Virus record (IMG/VR): IMGVR_UViG_3300036853_000134 | Coordinates: 2,936-66,935 of that record | Reading direction: 5' to 3' (one strand) | Origin: a virus | DNA: 64,000 bases | In this document: in pieces, positions 1-9,960 of the stretch | Position numbering within the stretch: position 1 is the first letter of the stretch | Layout of the letters: the number at the start of each line of letters is the position of its first letter | The notes under the pieces: generated by a model | Database searches by the model: none | What the model saw: only the letters and a program-made list of their open reading frames with translations | What the model was told of the DNA's origin: nothing | Program-made: the position numbers and the translations under genes

Positions 1-1439
1 GGATGCGATTTTCCGCCCGTCGAAGTGCCTGCGTTATTTGACTGCTCCATTGCCGCCGCCTGTGCCCACTTCGCAGCAAGCGCTTCTTTCTGTGCGTTCA
101 ACGGCGCAACCTTCTGATTGAATTCGTCCTCGGTAATATCCCCGGCCGCCTGCTTCTTCCGCCAGACGTTAATCATCGCCTGATTTGCGCGCTGCTCGTC
201 TTCAACGGGTTTGAGCTTCAAACGCATCTGATAGTTTGCGGTCAGACCACCTGGACCTTTCGCTGGCGCGCGGAACTTTTCAGGATTCTCTGCCCGCTCT
301 TTTGCCAGTAACGCCTGAGCCTCCGCGCGCGATTCTTCGGCAACAGTTTTGTCGAGTTTCGCCTGTCGCTGCTCCTGCCATCTATCGGAAATAAAGTCGC
401 CCTTCTCAGCGTCGCTCATCGCCTCAAATGCCGGATTGCCCGCATAGCCAGCAGCAATCTGTCGCGTTTCCAGTGACGCTTTATCTTGAGCCGCCTTATT
501 CTGAAGAAACAGTTTGCCGCCAAACTGCTTGTCAATCTTATCAAGGGCAAGCTTTCCAGCCTGATCAATTTGCTGCTTCTTGTTTGCCGCTTTAACGTTC
601 TCAAGACTCGTCTGACGCTGCTGCTCCGCTTCCTGCTGCGCTTTGAACGTTTGCAGCTTTACCGGCTGATCCATCCGCAGTTGCTCAGATTGCAACTGAT
701 TCTGATAGCGGGGATCATGGGCGTCTTGTGATTGATCTGCCTGCTTCTCTGTGTCAAATCGACTCAAATCCCGCTCGTACGCAGCACGATTGCCAAATCC
801 GGGGTTAGCCAGTCCGAGTACTCCACCGATAAGAGCATTGATGGGCCCGCCCGCGATGCCTTTTTGCGCACCAGCGGAGAAACGCCCCCACGGCCCAATA
901 TGCTTTTTATTGGCATCCGTGCTGTTCTGGTAGGTAGTCTGGTCCGGCCGCAATGTCTTTTGGTACGTTGAGTTCGGGTCCGAGTGTCGCGGATTATAGT
1001 AGTCAATTTCATTCGAAGTTATCGGCTGGTTAGGCGTCAACGGCTGCGGCTGCGACTGCGGCGGCGTCAGATTCGTCGGCACTATGCCCGCGAGATTTGA
1101 GTTGTCGAGTTGCGGATATGACGGTAATTCGGGGTATTGCTGAATCTCTGACTGGCCGGGATCAACGCCCATTGCTGGATAATTGCGCCCATCAAAGGTA
1201 GTCGCTGGAAGGCTTGTCTTTGCGACTCCACCCGCAACCGGCGCGTTAGCCATCGGAGTAACCGGTACTTGATCACCCTGAATGTTATTTGACACAGCGC
1301 TGGCGAGCGGTCCATAGGTGCCGGAGCTGCCAAGCTTGGCCTCCGACATGTTGCTCGCAGCCTCAGTCGCCCGCTGGGCGTTATCCTGATCGAGTTGTTT
1401 TTTGTAATTCAGGATTCCAATGACAGTATTTGGGCTCAT
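1..1439 (-). CDS. Internal virion/ejection protein, N-terminal part (runs off the window start; absent from the ORF track)
   Basis: ATG at 1437-1439 opens MSPNTVIGILNYKKQLDQDNAQRATEAA..., which I read with no stop through position 1. Q/A/E-rich coiled coil plus a Gly-rich hydrophobic patch (GIAGGPINALIGGVLGLA), typical of podophage ejection proteins. Confidence 0.7.
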   Translation of the reverse strand, partial: MSPNTVIGILNYKKQLDQDNAQRATEAASNMSEAKLGSSGTYGPLASAVSNNIQGDQVPVTPMANAPVAGGVAKTSLPATTFDGRNYPAMGVDPGQSEIQQYPELPSYPQLDNSNLAGIVPTNLTPPQSQPQPLTPNQPITSNEIDYYNPRHSDPNSTYQKTLRPDQTTYQNSTDANKKHIGPWGRFSAGAQKGIAGGPINALIGGVLGLANPGFGNRAAYERDLSRFDTEKQADQSQDAHDPRYQNQLQSEQLRMDQPVKLQTFKAQQEAEQQRQTSLENVKAANKKQQIDQAGKLALDKIDKQFGGKLFLQNKAAQDKASLETRQIAAGYAGNPAFEAMSDAEKGDFISDRWQEQRQAKLDKTVAEESRAEAQALLAKERAENPEKFRAPAKGPGGLTANYQMRLKLKPVEDEQRANQAMINVWRKKQAAGDITEDEFNQKVAPLNAQKEALAAKWAQAAAMEQSNNAGTSTGGKSH

Positions 1440-1443
1440 CTAC

Positions 1444-2166
1444 CTACCATTTAGCGTACGACTCGGCTTTGAATTCCTCTGGCACAAAGTTCTCAATGAT
1501 TAGCTCGGCGAAAATCTCCATTTGATCGTCTGTTAATCCCATAGCTCTGCCATATCGACGACCACCAGTAACCCACCTTTCGACAGTCATGCAGTGACAG
1601 CCGCCAATTACGTGGACCTGCATCGGATCGGGATTTGGGACACATTCAATCACGTTATAATGGCAGCCAGTTAACCAGACGCGGGGACTGATAGTCCATA
1701 GTCCTTCATGGATAATCACTCCCGACCCAAGCTCGCAATCTTCAACTCTGGCGTTACCACGAATAGTAACATCCCCGTCGGCCGTAACGTTCTTCAGCGA
1801 CGCATTCTCCCTGACCCTGACCTGCCCATAGAGATAAGAATTCTCTACCCGCGCCTCATCGCAAACAAGCGGGCAGTCCCGCTTTCCACTGTCGCTAGAA
1901 AGAACCGAGCCGACGACTTCCGCCTGATCTGCAACACAAGAGAAGTCAAGTATCTTTCCGCCACGAACAACCGCCTTGCCCATCACGCGAGCGAGTCTGC
2001 CAATCTCCGCCGTGCCTTCAACGCGAGCCTTCCCGTAAACTTCAGCCCCAGGGCGAATTATTGCAGCCGGAGCGATATAGGCGTGGCGTGAGACATCGCT
2101 ATCCCGAGCGACAAGACCCTGCCCCTTGCTGTGAGATTCCCAAAGTGGCAATGCGGATGTTGTCAT
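1444..2166 (-). CDS. Left-handed beta-helix (hexapeptide repeat) protein
   Basis: Hexapeptide repeats AEVYGK/ARVEGT/AEIGRL/ARVMGK/AVVRGG. Confidence 0.75.
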   Translation of the reverse strand: MTTSALPLWESHSKGQGLVARDSDVSRHAYIAPAAIIRPGAEVYGKARVEGTAEIGRLARVMGKAVVRGGKILDFSCVADQAEVVGSVLSSDSGKRDCPLVCDEARVENSYLYGQVRVRENASLKNVTADGDVTIRGNARVEDCELGSGVIIHEGLWTISPRVWLTGCHYNVIECVPNPDPMQVHVIGGCHCMTVERWVTGGRRYGRAMGLTDDQMEIFAELIIENFVPEEFKAESYAKW

Positions 2167-2172
2167 AATCTC

Positions 2173-2547
2173 CTACGGATTCAGCGCGCTATCTACCGCC
2201 CGCTGCGCTGTCGCTGCTGTATCCGCCGCCGCCTTCGCGTTGAACTCCTGAACGGTCTGCTTAAAATCAGCTTTGTAATAAGCGACAACCGCAGGTGCAA
2301 CCTTCGTCGCGTCAACCACCGTTCGGGTTGCGTCCGTGTAGACATCCAATTGATGCGCCTTCGCAAATGACAGCAGGTTCGCGGCTTTATTCGCGTCAGC
2401 CGATGCCTGATCCACGGTCGAAATGCCGGTTGCCATCGTAATCGTTGAGTTGGATGTGAAGGTCACGGGAGCGCCTGCCCGTCCAATCACAACGCCGAAT
2501 GCAAGTCCAATCAACAAAATGGGTAACGCATACTTCATAATCTTCAT
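2173..2547 (-). CDS. Hypothetical protein with N-terminal signal peptide/TM
   Basis: MKIMKYALPILLIGLAFGVVIGRAGA; SD AGGAGG upstream. Confidence 0.7.
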   Translation of the reverse strand: MKIMKYALPILLIGLAFGVVIGRAGAPVTFTSNSTITMATGISTVDQASADANKAANLLSFAKAHQLDVYTDATRTVVDATKVAPAVVAYYKADFKQTVQEFNAKAAADTAATAQRAVDSALNP

Positions 2548-2555
2548 AGAACCTC

Positions 2556-3014
2556 CTAGTACAGCGGCTCGCCAAACAGATAGACATCCACGGTTGCCGC
2601 CGATCCGTGGGCCAGGATATTTCTGATAAATAAGGTTTGCGCAGTTACAGTGTCGGTGTTCACGGCAATCGTCATATCCACGAACTTCGTTGCGCCAGTC
2701 AATCCGGTAATTGTTGCCCCAGTTACAATGGTTGTGCCGCCACCAGAAGCCGCGGTGAACACGCCAATAGTGGCAACGGAGACTGCCAGGCTTGTTGACG
2801 CATTTGTGATGATAACCCGACGAACAATATACTTCGGGACGCCAATCGGGATTGAGTTGTCCGAGCCAGCGGAATTGATGTTCATCCCTTTGACGCGGCC
2901 GAGATAGGTGGACATCTCGCCAATTACAACCTGTTGCGCCGAGACAGATCCCAATCGGAATTCAAAACCAATTACCAGCCCGAGAATTAATAAGGCAATC
3001 AATAGATTTTTCAT
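2556..3014 (-). CDS. Beta-rich virion accessory-like protein with Sec signal peptide
   Basis: MKNLLIALLILGLVIGFEFRLGSVSA|QQ followed by a T/A/G/V-rich beta-strand domain. Confidence 0.65.
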   Translation of the reverse strand: MKNLLIALLILGLVIGFEFRLGSVSAQQVVIGEMSTYLGRVKGMNINSAGSDNSIPIGVPKYIVRRVIITNASTSLAVSVATIGVFTAASGGGTTIVTGATITGLTGATKFVDMTIAVNTDTVTAQTLFIRNILAHGSAATVDVYLFGEPLY

Positions 3015-3015
3015 C

Positions 3016-4395
3016 TTATGTCACCACCCAACTGCCCGAAATATAGATTGCTATCCAGGTCGTGGACGAGGTCGCAATCAGGGTTACGACGCCGCCAATT
3101 GTTGAATTCGTGATATTTCCCGCTGCCGCACTGACTGAGCCCGCGATTCTAATCGTCGTTGACGCACCGGCGATAACCTTAAGAACCTGCGCGGCCTCCA
3201 CGATGAAGGTGTAGCGCATCCCGGCCACGGCGGTCGGCAACGTAAAATCAACCTCACCACCAGCCCCGACGTTGGTAAAGTATGTTCCCTTGTCGGCGGT
3301 AACAACGGAATAGTTGGTGGTCTTGGCGGTAACGACGACGCCAGTCAGAAGCTTGCCCAGACCCCCGAGGGTTCCGGTGTTGACTTCAAGGACCCCGGCA
3401 GCATTGCGCCCAAGTCCGACATCCCGCGTGCCCTCAACCGCGTTTGAAGTCCACGCCAGCATCCCAGTCGAGTAGGTTTGGAGCGCCGTGCCATTAACCG
3501 ACCATCGCTCGCCATTGGCCATAAACCGAAGCACATTTGACGCGCCCCCTATTCCAGTAAGCGAGATACCGGGAAACGCCAGCCCAGGCGTATCGCTGTC
3601 TGCGCCGACAGGAACGACAACCTGACCCGTGCCCTTTGGAACGAGATTGATTGGAGCGTTCGATCCGCTCGATAACGCCGTGAGGTTGACACCTGAACCG
3701 GCCGCGAGTCCGGTTATTGATAGTCCATCAGCCTGTGACGCCGTGGAGTTTACAAGCTGAAATACCGGGTTTGTCGCGCCATTCGGGCCAGAAGAAAAAG
3801 CCGTCGCCGACGCGCTTGTTTGCGTAATCGTCCCTGAATTAGTGGTAGCGCCAAACGCCTGAGTACCGGTAAACGTCTGCCCGGCGTCCGTTCGCGCAAT
3901 AGTCGCCGCCGCGTCTGGAAATGTGTAGGTCCTCGCTGCCGTCGGTCCTGCAAACGTAATAACTTGCGACGCAATTGGGATTGTCGTATTTGAGTCAGGG
4001 AAGGTCGCGGTTCTTGTGCCAGTCGGCGTACCTGTTAGCTTGATATAGGTGGTCGCATACGTGCCGCTGCCAAATAGGTAGTAATCACGAAACGGCTTGA
4101 CTGTCGAGCCAGAATCAACACCTGCTTGCGCGAGTAACGACGTATTGATTGACACGGAGGCAAGATTGGATAGCGCGGTATTCGCGCCAGAAGAGCCGCC
4201 TGTGCCAAAATCAACCCACGTCCCGGCCGGACAAAAGAAGGCGTGTCCGGTATCGGTCGAAGTCCAGATGCTGCCAGCCGTACAGGTCGCCCCTTTGTTA
4301 GCGTCAAGCCCACGCCGGACAAGGTTCGTTGACGGCTGAGCCTGCGCAACACTGACGAACGCAAGGAAGATAAACAGTAGCAATAGTTTTTTCAT
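3016..4395 (-). CDS. Tail fibre-like protein with Sec signal peptide
   Basis: Likely start MKKLLLLFIFLAFVSVAQA|Q at 4395 (TAATG overlap with the upstream stop). Fibre-type motifs GANTALSNL, RTYTFPDAAATIA, FTGTQAF, INLVPKGTG, and a C-terminal TLPTAVAG domain. Confidence 0.75.
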   Translation of the reverse strand: MKKLLLLFIFLAFVSVAQAQPSTNLVRRGLDANKGATCTAGSIWTSTDTGHAFFCPAGTWVDFGTGGSSGANTALSNLASVSINTSLLAQAGVDSGSTVKPFRDYYLFGSGTYATTYIKLTGTPTGTRTATFPDSNTTIPIASQVITFAGPTAARTYTFPDAAATIARTDAGQTFTGTQAFGATTNSGTITQTSASATAFSSGPNGATNPVFQLVNSTASQADGLSITGLAAGSGVNLTALSSGSNAPINLVPKGTGQVVVPVGADSDTPGLAFPGISLTGIGGASNVLRFMANGERWSVNGTALQTYSTGMLAWTSNAVEGTRDVGLGRNAAGVLEVNTGTLGGLGKLLTGVVVTAKTTNYSVVTADKGTYFTNVGAGGEVDFTLPTAVAGMRYTFIVEAAQVLKVIAGASTTIRIAGSVSAAAGNITNSTIGGVVTLIATSSTTWIAIYISGSWVVT

Positions 4396-4751
4396 TATCT
4401 CACGATTGTCTCGCAGCGAAACTTCTGGTTGATCGCTAATCCCATTACCCAGTAATCGCCGCAATGCACCATATTGACATCGCGACCCCCGCCGGAGTTG
4501 TACGGCGTGCTGCTGTCGCCATCAAGCGCCCAGATGTAATTCACCGGCGGTAATCCCGCGCCAGGACTTGCCATTGACGAGTCGCCGATGTAGACGGTAC
4601 TGCCTGCAACGCCGATCAGGTTCAACTCGGCGCAATGAATCCACGCGCCAGGTTGAGCGGCAATCATCAGTGGCGATAACTGAGTTGGCGTGTCAGCGGC
4701 TGCTACTGTCAGGGTTTTAATGAACTTGCCGGGTGTCGGTACTGAAGCCAT
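4395..4751 (-). CDS. Small virion structural-like protein
   Basis: Beta-rich with TVYIGDS motif; lies in the tail module. Confidence 0.55.
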   Translation of the reverse strand: MASVPTPGKFIKTLTVAAADTPTQLSPLMIAAQPGAWIHCAELNLIGVAGSTVYIGDSSMASPGAGLPPVNYIWALDGDSSTPYNSGGGRDVNMVHCGDYWVMGLAINQKFRCETIVR

Positions 4752-4794
4752 AGTTTAACCTCGAAGGTGTGCGGGCCGGATGACCCGCTTCAGA

Positions 4795-5178
4795 CTAACG
4801 TATATCAATCACTGCCGCGTTACTGGCGTAGAGATTCGTGCCATCCCCAATGAATGTCACGCTGTCACGCTTGCTCGCGCCGGTTGAAAGAGTCGGGGCA
4901 GTTGCGGTCGCAAACTTCGCGGTAGCAGGCCAGGTGAGGGTGCGACTCCCGACGGAATCCTGAATGAACTGGATGGTTATTCGCCGACCATTAGGGATAT
5001 TTGAAAAGGTGAGCGTGCAGTTTCCCGCGCCGAACGTGCAAACAAGAAAGTCCCCGAGTGAAAAGTCGAGGTTGGTTGTGCCACCCACGGCAAGCGCAAT
5101 CGCCTGAACACCTGCGCCAGACGAGAGAGGAGAGGTTGGCGTTGCTGGATTTCCCGTACTTGTTTTAGCTAAAGGCAT
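4795..5178 (-). CDS. Stand-alone tail fibre tip domain protein
   Basis: IQDSVGSRTLTWPA...TAPTLSTGASKRD closely matches the C-terminus of the tailspike at 5592-8291. Confidence 0.7.
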   Translation of the reverse strand: MPLAKTSTGNPATPTSPLSSGAGVQAIALAVGGTTNLDFSLGDFLVCTFGAGNCTLTFSNIPNGRRITIQFIQDSVGSRTLTWPATAKFATATAPTLSTGASKRDSVTFIGDGTNLYASNAAVIDIR

Positions 5179-5189
5179 CGTGTCTCTCC

Positions 5190-5480
5190 TTACTGTCCTG
5201 AGTATTCAGTGACGCAAACTTTTGGCGCTCCGGCCGTGCCGATAACGGTCCATTGCGAAAAGCCCACGTCGTCGATGTATTGCTGGCCAGCCAGCAATGG
5301 AATGTGATCAGATGTTGCCGCCGCGCCACCGCTACAGATGTAGACCGTGATTGCGGCGTCCCTGTTGATGAATTCAGCACGGATGCGCTTATTGTTTCCG
5401 GCGAGCAGAGTCTTTGAGGTGGCCGCGGTCGTAACCGTTGTGGTTATGCCATTACCTTTATACATAATTAGATTCTCCAA
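5190..5480 (-). CDS. Small virion structural-like protein
   Basis: 96-aa beta-rich protein (LLAGNNKRIRAEFINRD...VYI). Confidence 0.6.
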   Translation of the reverse strand: MENLIMYKGNGITTTVTTAATSKTLLAGNNKRIRAEFINRDAAITVYICSGGAAATSDHIPLLAGQQYIDDVGFSQWTVIGTAGAPKVCVTEYSGQ

Positions 5481-5591
5481 ATAGCAGAGAACCCCTTGTT
5501 ACCTGAGTCAGCCGAGGCGACCCGATGCGTTGGCAATTATGCCCTACATACTTTAACAGATTTGTACCGAAACCGTCACAAAATCTCGTTT

Positions 5592-8291
5592 CTACCGAAC
5601 ATCAAGTGCTCGCGACATTTCATTGACCGTCGTACCAGTTGAATAGAAATGGAAAATATCTTTCTTTCCCGCACCTGTCGAGAGCGTTGGCGCAGTACCG
5701 CCGACCCACTTAACGGAAGCAGGCCAGGTAACGGTTCGCGAACCTGTACCGTCCTGAATCAGCGCAATCGTGTAATAACCCGGAAGCAGATTGGTGAAGG
5801 AAAGCGTCGTGTTCCCCGCTCCGAATGTACCCTCGACGATATTCCCCAGCGCAAGATTCAGGGCCGACGCTCCACCTGCTGTCAGTGAAACCGTCTGGAC
5901 CGTTAGTCCCAACGACGCGCCATTGATATTTACATCTTTGGTCATCGTCAACCCGGTGGTTGCGTCCATTGAGCCTACGAGGGTCGTGTTTGGCTTGAAA
6001 TCTATCGTTGTCGCAGCGTCTATGGTCTCAAGCAGAATCCCTTTTGCGGTGTAGATTCGGAGCTTATTCCGCAGGGCGGTCGTGGCATCAGCCGATCCGC
6101 TCACAGAGAAAATGGCGTAATTATCGAGGTCGTTATAGAGTCCGAATTGATTGCCGGGGCTTGCCGCCAGCGATGAATGGAAATATTGCTTTGGCTCCGC
6201 GCCCCTGATCACGTTCTCTTGAGTAAGCAACTCGTGATGCTGAAAGCCTGAGCTATGGCCACCAGTTACTCCAAGTTCACCTTTGGCGGCCGTGCCATTC
6301 TCGTACATTATTATTGAGCCGCTAGCTATATTGGAAGCATCGACTATCCGGTTACCGGCTGGCGTATCCCACCAAATACCAGTCCCGGTATAAAGCTCCG
6401 ATTGTCCCGTAAGTTGGATAGCGTCGCCAAAGCCAGTGCCAAACCTGTTGGTTATCAGTATTCCCGTGTGAGCTTCGTAGATTCCGACCGAGCCGGACAC
6501 GATTGCTGGGTTAGCCTCGATTTGGAGCGCAATCCAGTTTTGGGCGAGTTCAACAGATCCATAAAACCGCGCATTGTCAGACGCGACGATAGCGGTGTAA
6601 TAACCAATGACGCTCACATTCTGAAGTCCGCCGCCGTATACGTTGTTCAGTCCCGGCATCAGAATGCCTACCGCTCGAACATTTGTCGGCTGGGTCAGAA
6701 CCGTAAACCCCGCGGAATCCGTAAAAGACAGCGCCTCACCCTGATCTATCGCAACGTCCTCCAAATCCAGACCCTGCCCGTTGTTGAATTGCAAGGCTGT
6801 AAGAACCGGATTGGGTTTGCCCCTAAAGCGGATACCGTTAATTCCAACCTGAAGATAATTAAAAGTAGAATCGGCAATTATATTTGTGTCGCTGTAGGTC
6901 TTCGCGCTCAAGATAGCCGAGTAGTTAGTTGCCGTACCGTCCCAGTCCGAGGAGTCGATAATCGTTCCAGTTATGGGAATGGCAAGCGAGCCGCCGAGGA
7001 CAGTCGTACCTTCCCCGGTCAGCCCAATTCGAGTGGTCCCGGCCGACAGTCGGTTGTAGATCGGCGTGCATAGGATGGAATTGCAGTTTGATTGAAGCGC
7101 TCCGTTGGCTCTGTATATTCCAGCCTTGAAGAAGATATTTCCGCCGCCTGCCGTGCCGACGGTCGCGAGCGCGGTATTGATTGCCGCAGAGTCGTCATGC
7201 TGAACAGTCACGCCCGAAACGGTCGTGCTGGCATTCGTGCCGAGTACCAGGGACAATGTTCCGCAGCCCGATGTTATGGTCGTTACCAGATGTTTAGCGG
7301 CGGCACCGGCACCCTTTACGAGTATCCCCTGTCCGTTGGTGCAGGAAAAGGAACCACCGAGCGTCAGGGTATTCGTTCCAGTGGAGATCGATCCGGATGT
7401 CGTCGCGCCGGAACCGCTCGCGCCAAAGTCTCGTTGAATGTCGTATCTCGCCTTGCCCTGGTAGGCATTCGGGAAATTGATTGTCGTTGTTCCCGCCGAT
7501 GTAACGACATTCGGGGCTGTTCCAGACGTTCCTACGGTGATAACTTGCGCGTTTGTGGCGTCACCGTTAATCGACAGAATGCCGCCAGTTGCAGAGTTCG
7601 CATCGAGCGTCCAGTGCCCAGGCGTACCGGTAGTGTCACAACGATACAGGCCCTTGGTGACAGCGTTGCCAGTGTAGATAAACAAATCAGCTTGTGGCGG
7701 ACCAGCAACACACGATGACGGAAACGTAGAATCTGCTGGCGGCCTGACCCTTGGGGTCTGCGCAAGTACGCCGATCGTACCTGGATAGCCCACGGTGGGC
7801 GCGAACGGACTTTGAAACCGCAGAACCGTTACCAGATTCGGCGTCGATGTGGTTTGCAAAACTCCGTGCGCGCAGACTGTCTCGCCCCAGGGAATCTTCT
7901 TCTGAATGCTGGGCGTGTACTGGATAAAGACCTTTGAATTTGTCCCATTGGTCGTAACATTGTAATCACCAACTGTTACTGCTGGCGACACCGCCGGAGA
8001 GTTTGGCGCGGGTGTCAGATAGACATTCGAGTCCATGCTCGTAATAACCGCAAACTCTGGATTGATTGAAAATATATGCTGGTTCGACTCTGATTCGTTT
8101 ATTGACTGATCTGGACCGTTTGGCTGAAAGCAAAAGTTAACATCGGTCGTATCCGACGGCATAAACTCATGGGGATAGATGCCCCAGAATACCATTGACG
8201 CCTGTTGCTGCGCTTTTGAAGGCGGCAGGATGAAATCGACAAAGCCTAAAAAACAGGCAAGAACTAAAACGACGAGGACAGATTTTCTCAC
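5592..8291 (-). CDS. Tailspike with pectin-lyase-like beta helix and Sec signal peptide
   Basis: GTG start at 8291 behind SD AAGGAG gives MRKSVLVVLVLACFLGFVDFILPPSKA|QQQ. Pectate_lyase_3-type start RDFGASG...DDSAAINTAL...GGGNIFFKAGIY. Confidence 0.8.
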   Translation of the reverse strand: MRKSVLVVLVLACFLGFVDFILPPSKAQQQASMVFWGIYPHEFMPSDTTDVNFCFQPNGPDQSINESESNQHIFSINPEFAVITSMDSNVYLTPAPNSPAVSPAVTVGDYNVTTNGTNSKVFIQYTPSIQKKIPWGETVCAHGVLQTTSTPNLVTVLRFQSPFAPTVGYPGTIGVLAQTPRVRPPADSTFPSSCVAGPPQADLFIYTGNAVTKGLYRCDTTGTPGHWTLDANSATGGILSINGDATNAQVITVGTSGTAPNVVTSAGTTTINFPNAYQGKARYDIQRDFGASGSGATTSGSISTGTNTLTLGGSFSCTNGQGILVKGAGAAAKHLVTTITSGCGTLSLVLGTNASTTVSGVTVQHDDSAAINTALATVGTAGGGNIFFKAGIYRANGALQSNCNSILCTPIYNRLSAGTTRIGLTGEGTTVLGGSLAIPITGTIIDSSDWDGTATNYSAILSAKTYSDTNIIADSTFNYLQVGINGIRFRGKPNPVLTALQFNNGQGLDLEDVAIDQGEALSFTDSAGFTVLTQPTNVRAVGILMPGLNNVYGGGLQNVSVIGYYTAIVASDNARFYGSVELAQNWIALQIEANPAIVSGSVGIYEAHTGILITNRFGTGFGDAIQLTGQSELYTGTGIWWDTPAGNRIVDASNIASGSIIMYENGTAAKGELGVTGGHSSGFQHHELLTQENVIRGAEPKQYFHSSLAASPGNQFGLYNDLDNYAIFSVSGSADATTALRNKLRIYTAKGILLETIDAATTIDFKPNTTLVGSMDATTGLTMTKDVNINGASLGLTVQTVSLTAGGASALNLALGNIVEGTFGAGNTTLSFTNLLPGYYTIALIQDGTGSRTVTWPASVKWVGGTAPTLSTGAGKKDIFHFYSTGTTVNEMSRALDVR

Positions 8292-8506
8292 GCGATCTCC
8301 TTTGAAGAACTTGTACAAATTGAAATTGAGTTTCTTTGAGACTGCGTTGATAGCCATCTATTGGTGGACCTCCAAAGCCAAACGCAGCCTGAGCGATAAA
8401 TCGCGCGGTGATTTTATCCAACTGGCCGCGATATTGGCAATCGAAAATTTACTATGTGAAGTTTCGTACATATAAGCGTTTAAAGACCTTGCCGTTTCCG
8501 GCCGGC

Positions 8507-9187
8507 CTAAGAGTTCACGGAACTGAACATTAGCCTCCAATTTGCCCCCTGCTTGATATAGGCAAGCGTGTCACCCACGGAGCTTCGCGCAAGCCCAGGA
8601 AAAGTACTGAAATTATCACCGACGGTGATGAATATCCACCAGCCTTCCGGCGCGTCGTCGAATACCCCTGAATAGTTCGTCGTTGCGGTATTCGCGGTTT
8701 TCCAGTTATGAAACCCGACAACCGACGGAGTGGTATCGCCATCAAGAAAGGTCTGTTGAATGTCTAGCAGCGCAACGGTCTGTAGAATGTACGCCGTGAA
8801 ATCATAAGTTCGCATTCGCGGAACACGGTTGATTAGCGCGATCCCGCCCCAGGTCGTTTCGGTCGGATTGTAGGGCAAAAAGAAGTCAAGATAGTTTGCG
8901 AAATCAACAATCCTTTGATTAACGCTGGTTCCGTCATAGAACGTCGCTCGATAGGTTGCGTTCTGATTCTCTTCGCCATCCGTAGTGCTGTACAGGGTAA
9001 ACGATGGGATTGAAAGCGTTTTGGCTGTCGTATCCGGCGTGCAGGTTACCGATTTGTAATTGCCGGGCTGCACTGGCTGGCCGTCCGATGCCGTAAACGC
9101 CTCACTAATATCAATTCGCAATTCGACCGTCGCGTTATTGTAGTGCCAGTTTTGAAGAGTTAACGCATCAACTGTGATTAACGGCAA
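8507..9187 (-). CDS. Tail/fibre adaptor-like protein
   Basis: Beta-rich ORF in the tail module; likely TTG start at 9187 behind GGAGGG. Confidence 0.55.
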   Translation of the reverse strand: MPLITVDALTLQNWHYNNATVELRIDISEAFTASDGQPVQPGNYKSVTCTPDTTAKTLSIPSFTLYSTTDGEENQNATYRATFYDGTSVNQRIVDFANYLDFFLPYNPTETTWGGIALINRVPRMRTYDFTAYILQTVALLDIQQTFLDGDTTPSVVGFHNWKTANTATTNYSGVFDDAPEGWWIFITVGDNFSTFPGLARSSVGDTLAYIKQGANWRLMFSSVNS

Positions 9188-9960
9188 GCGCCCCTCCACG
9201 CAAAGTATTCAAACATCGGACGAATCAACGCTCTAATGAATCGGCGACCTTTCAGCCGTCGCGCAAAAGCTTCACCGTGCTTTAGGTAGAGCCGCAGGAA
9301 GAACTTCGGAGCGCGTTCATTGACATACCATCGAGCCGCCACGGTCTTTGGCATATCCCAGCCGCCAAAGAGTTCAGCCGCAACCCAGCAACCGCCCATC
9401 TTCGTACCAAATGCAGTACCCGCACCACCGGCCGCCGCGATGAGCATCCCTTTTGAAACCTCACCCAGCCACGATGGACGCCGCGAGAATTGATACATCT
9501 GATCGGCTTGGCTCGCCTGGGTGTTTGCAAGCCCAGCTTTCGCCAGATCGACGTTTTGATTCATCCCGGAAGTCGCGAATAGCCCCTGTTGCGCATTTGA
9601 AATGTCCTGCCCGACCACACCGGGCACCATTGACGCGACACTACCCATAAACGCACGCTTTCGGTCGTCGGCGAGCTGTTTGGTATACGCGTCGCCGTTT
9701 CCGCCGGCATAGCCAAGTAGCGCCTCGTCGCCGGTCGGTGTCAGGTTCATGTCGCGCATCTTCGTGCCAGTCGTTACGAGCGCTTGATATTCGGGAGCGG
9801 AGCTGTAGTCACCTTTATCATATTGATCCAATTGCTTGGAATACCGGGCTTCCTGCGCGACAATCGCAGGGTCACGAGCGACGGCCTTCAGCGCTTCCTG
9901 CTGTTGCTGTGTGGCCGTTGCCAGTCTTGCGTCGGCTTCTGATTTCTCTTTATTGTGCGT
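9178..9960 (-). CDS. Ejection-type protein with C-terminal CFI-box-CTERM-like (CWVA) domain
   Basis: Gly-rich hydrophobic segment, then GCWVAAELFG...APKFFLRLYLKHGEAFA. The frame stays open upstream to an ACG at 9958-9960 behind AAGGAGG. Confidence 0.6.
   Translation of the reverse strand, partial: THNKEKSEADARLATATQQQQEALKAVARDPAIVAQEARYSKQLDQYDKGDYSSAPEYQALVTTGTKMRDMNLTPTGDEALLGYAGGNGDAYTKQLADDRKRAFMGSVASMVPGVVGQDISNAQQGLFATSGMNQNVDLAKAGLANTQASQADQMYQFSRRPSWLGEVSKGMLIAAAGGAGTAFGTKMGGCWVAAELFGGWDMPKTVAARWYVNERAPKFFLRLYLKHGEAFARRLKGRRFIRALIRPMFEYFAWRGACR

Noticed and set aside
416-1333. Short ORFs listed at the window start
   Set aside because: They are shadows of the long minus-strand frame starting at 1439 that runs off the window.
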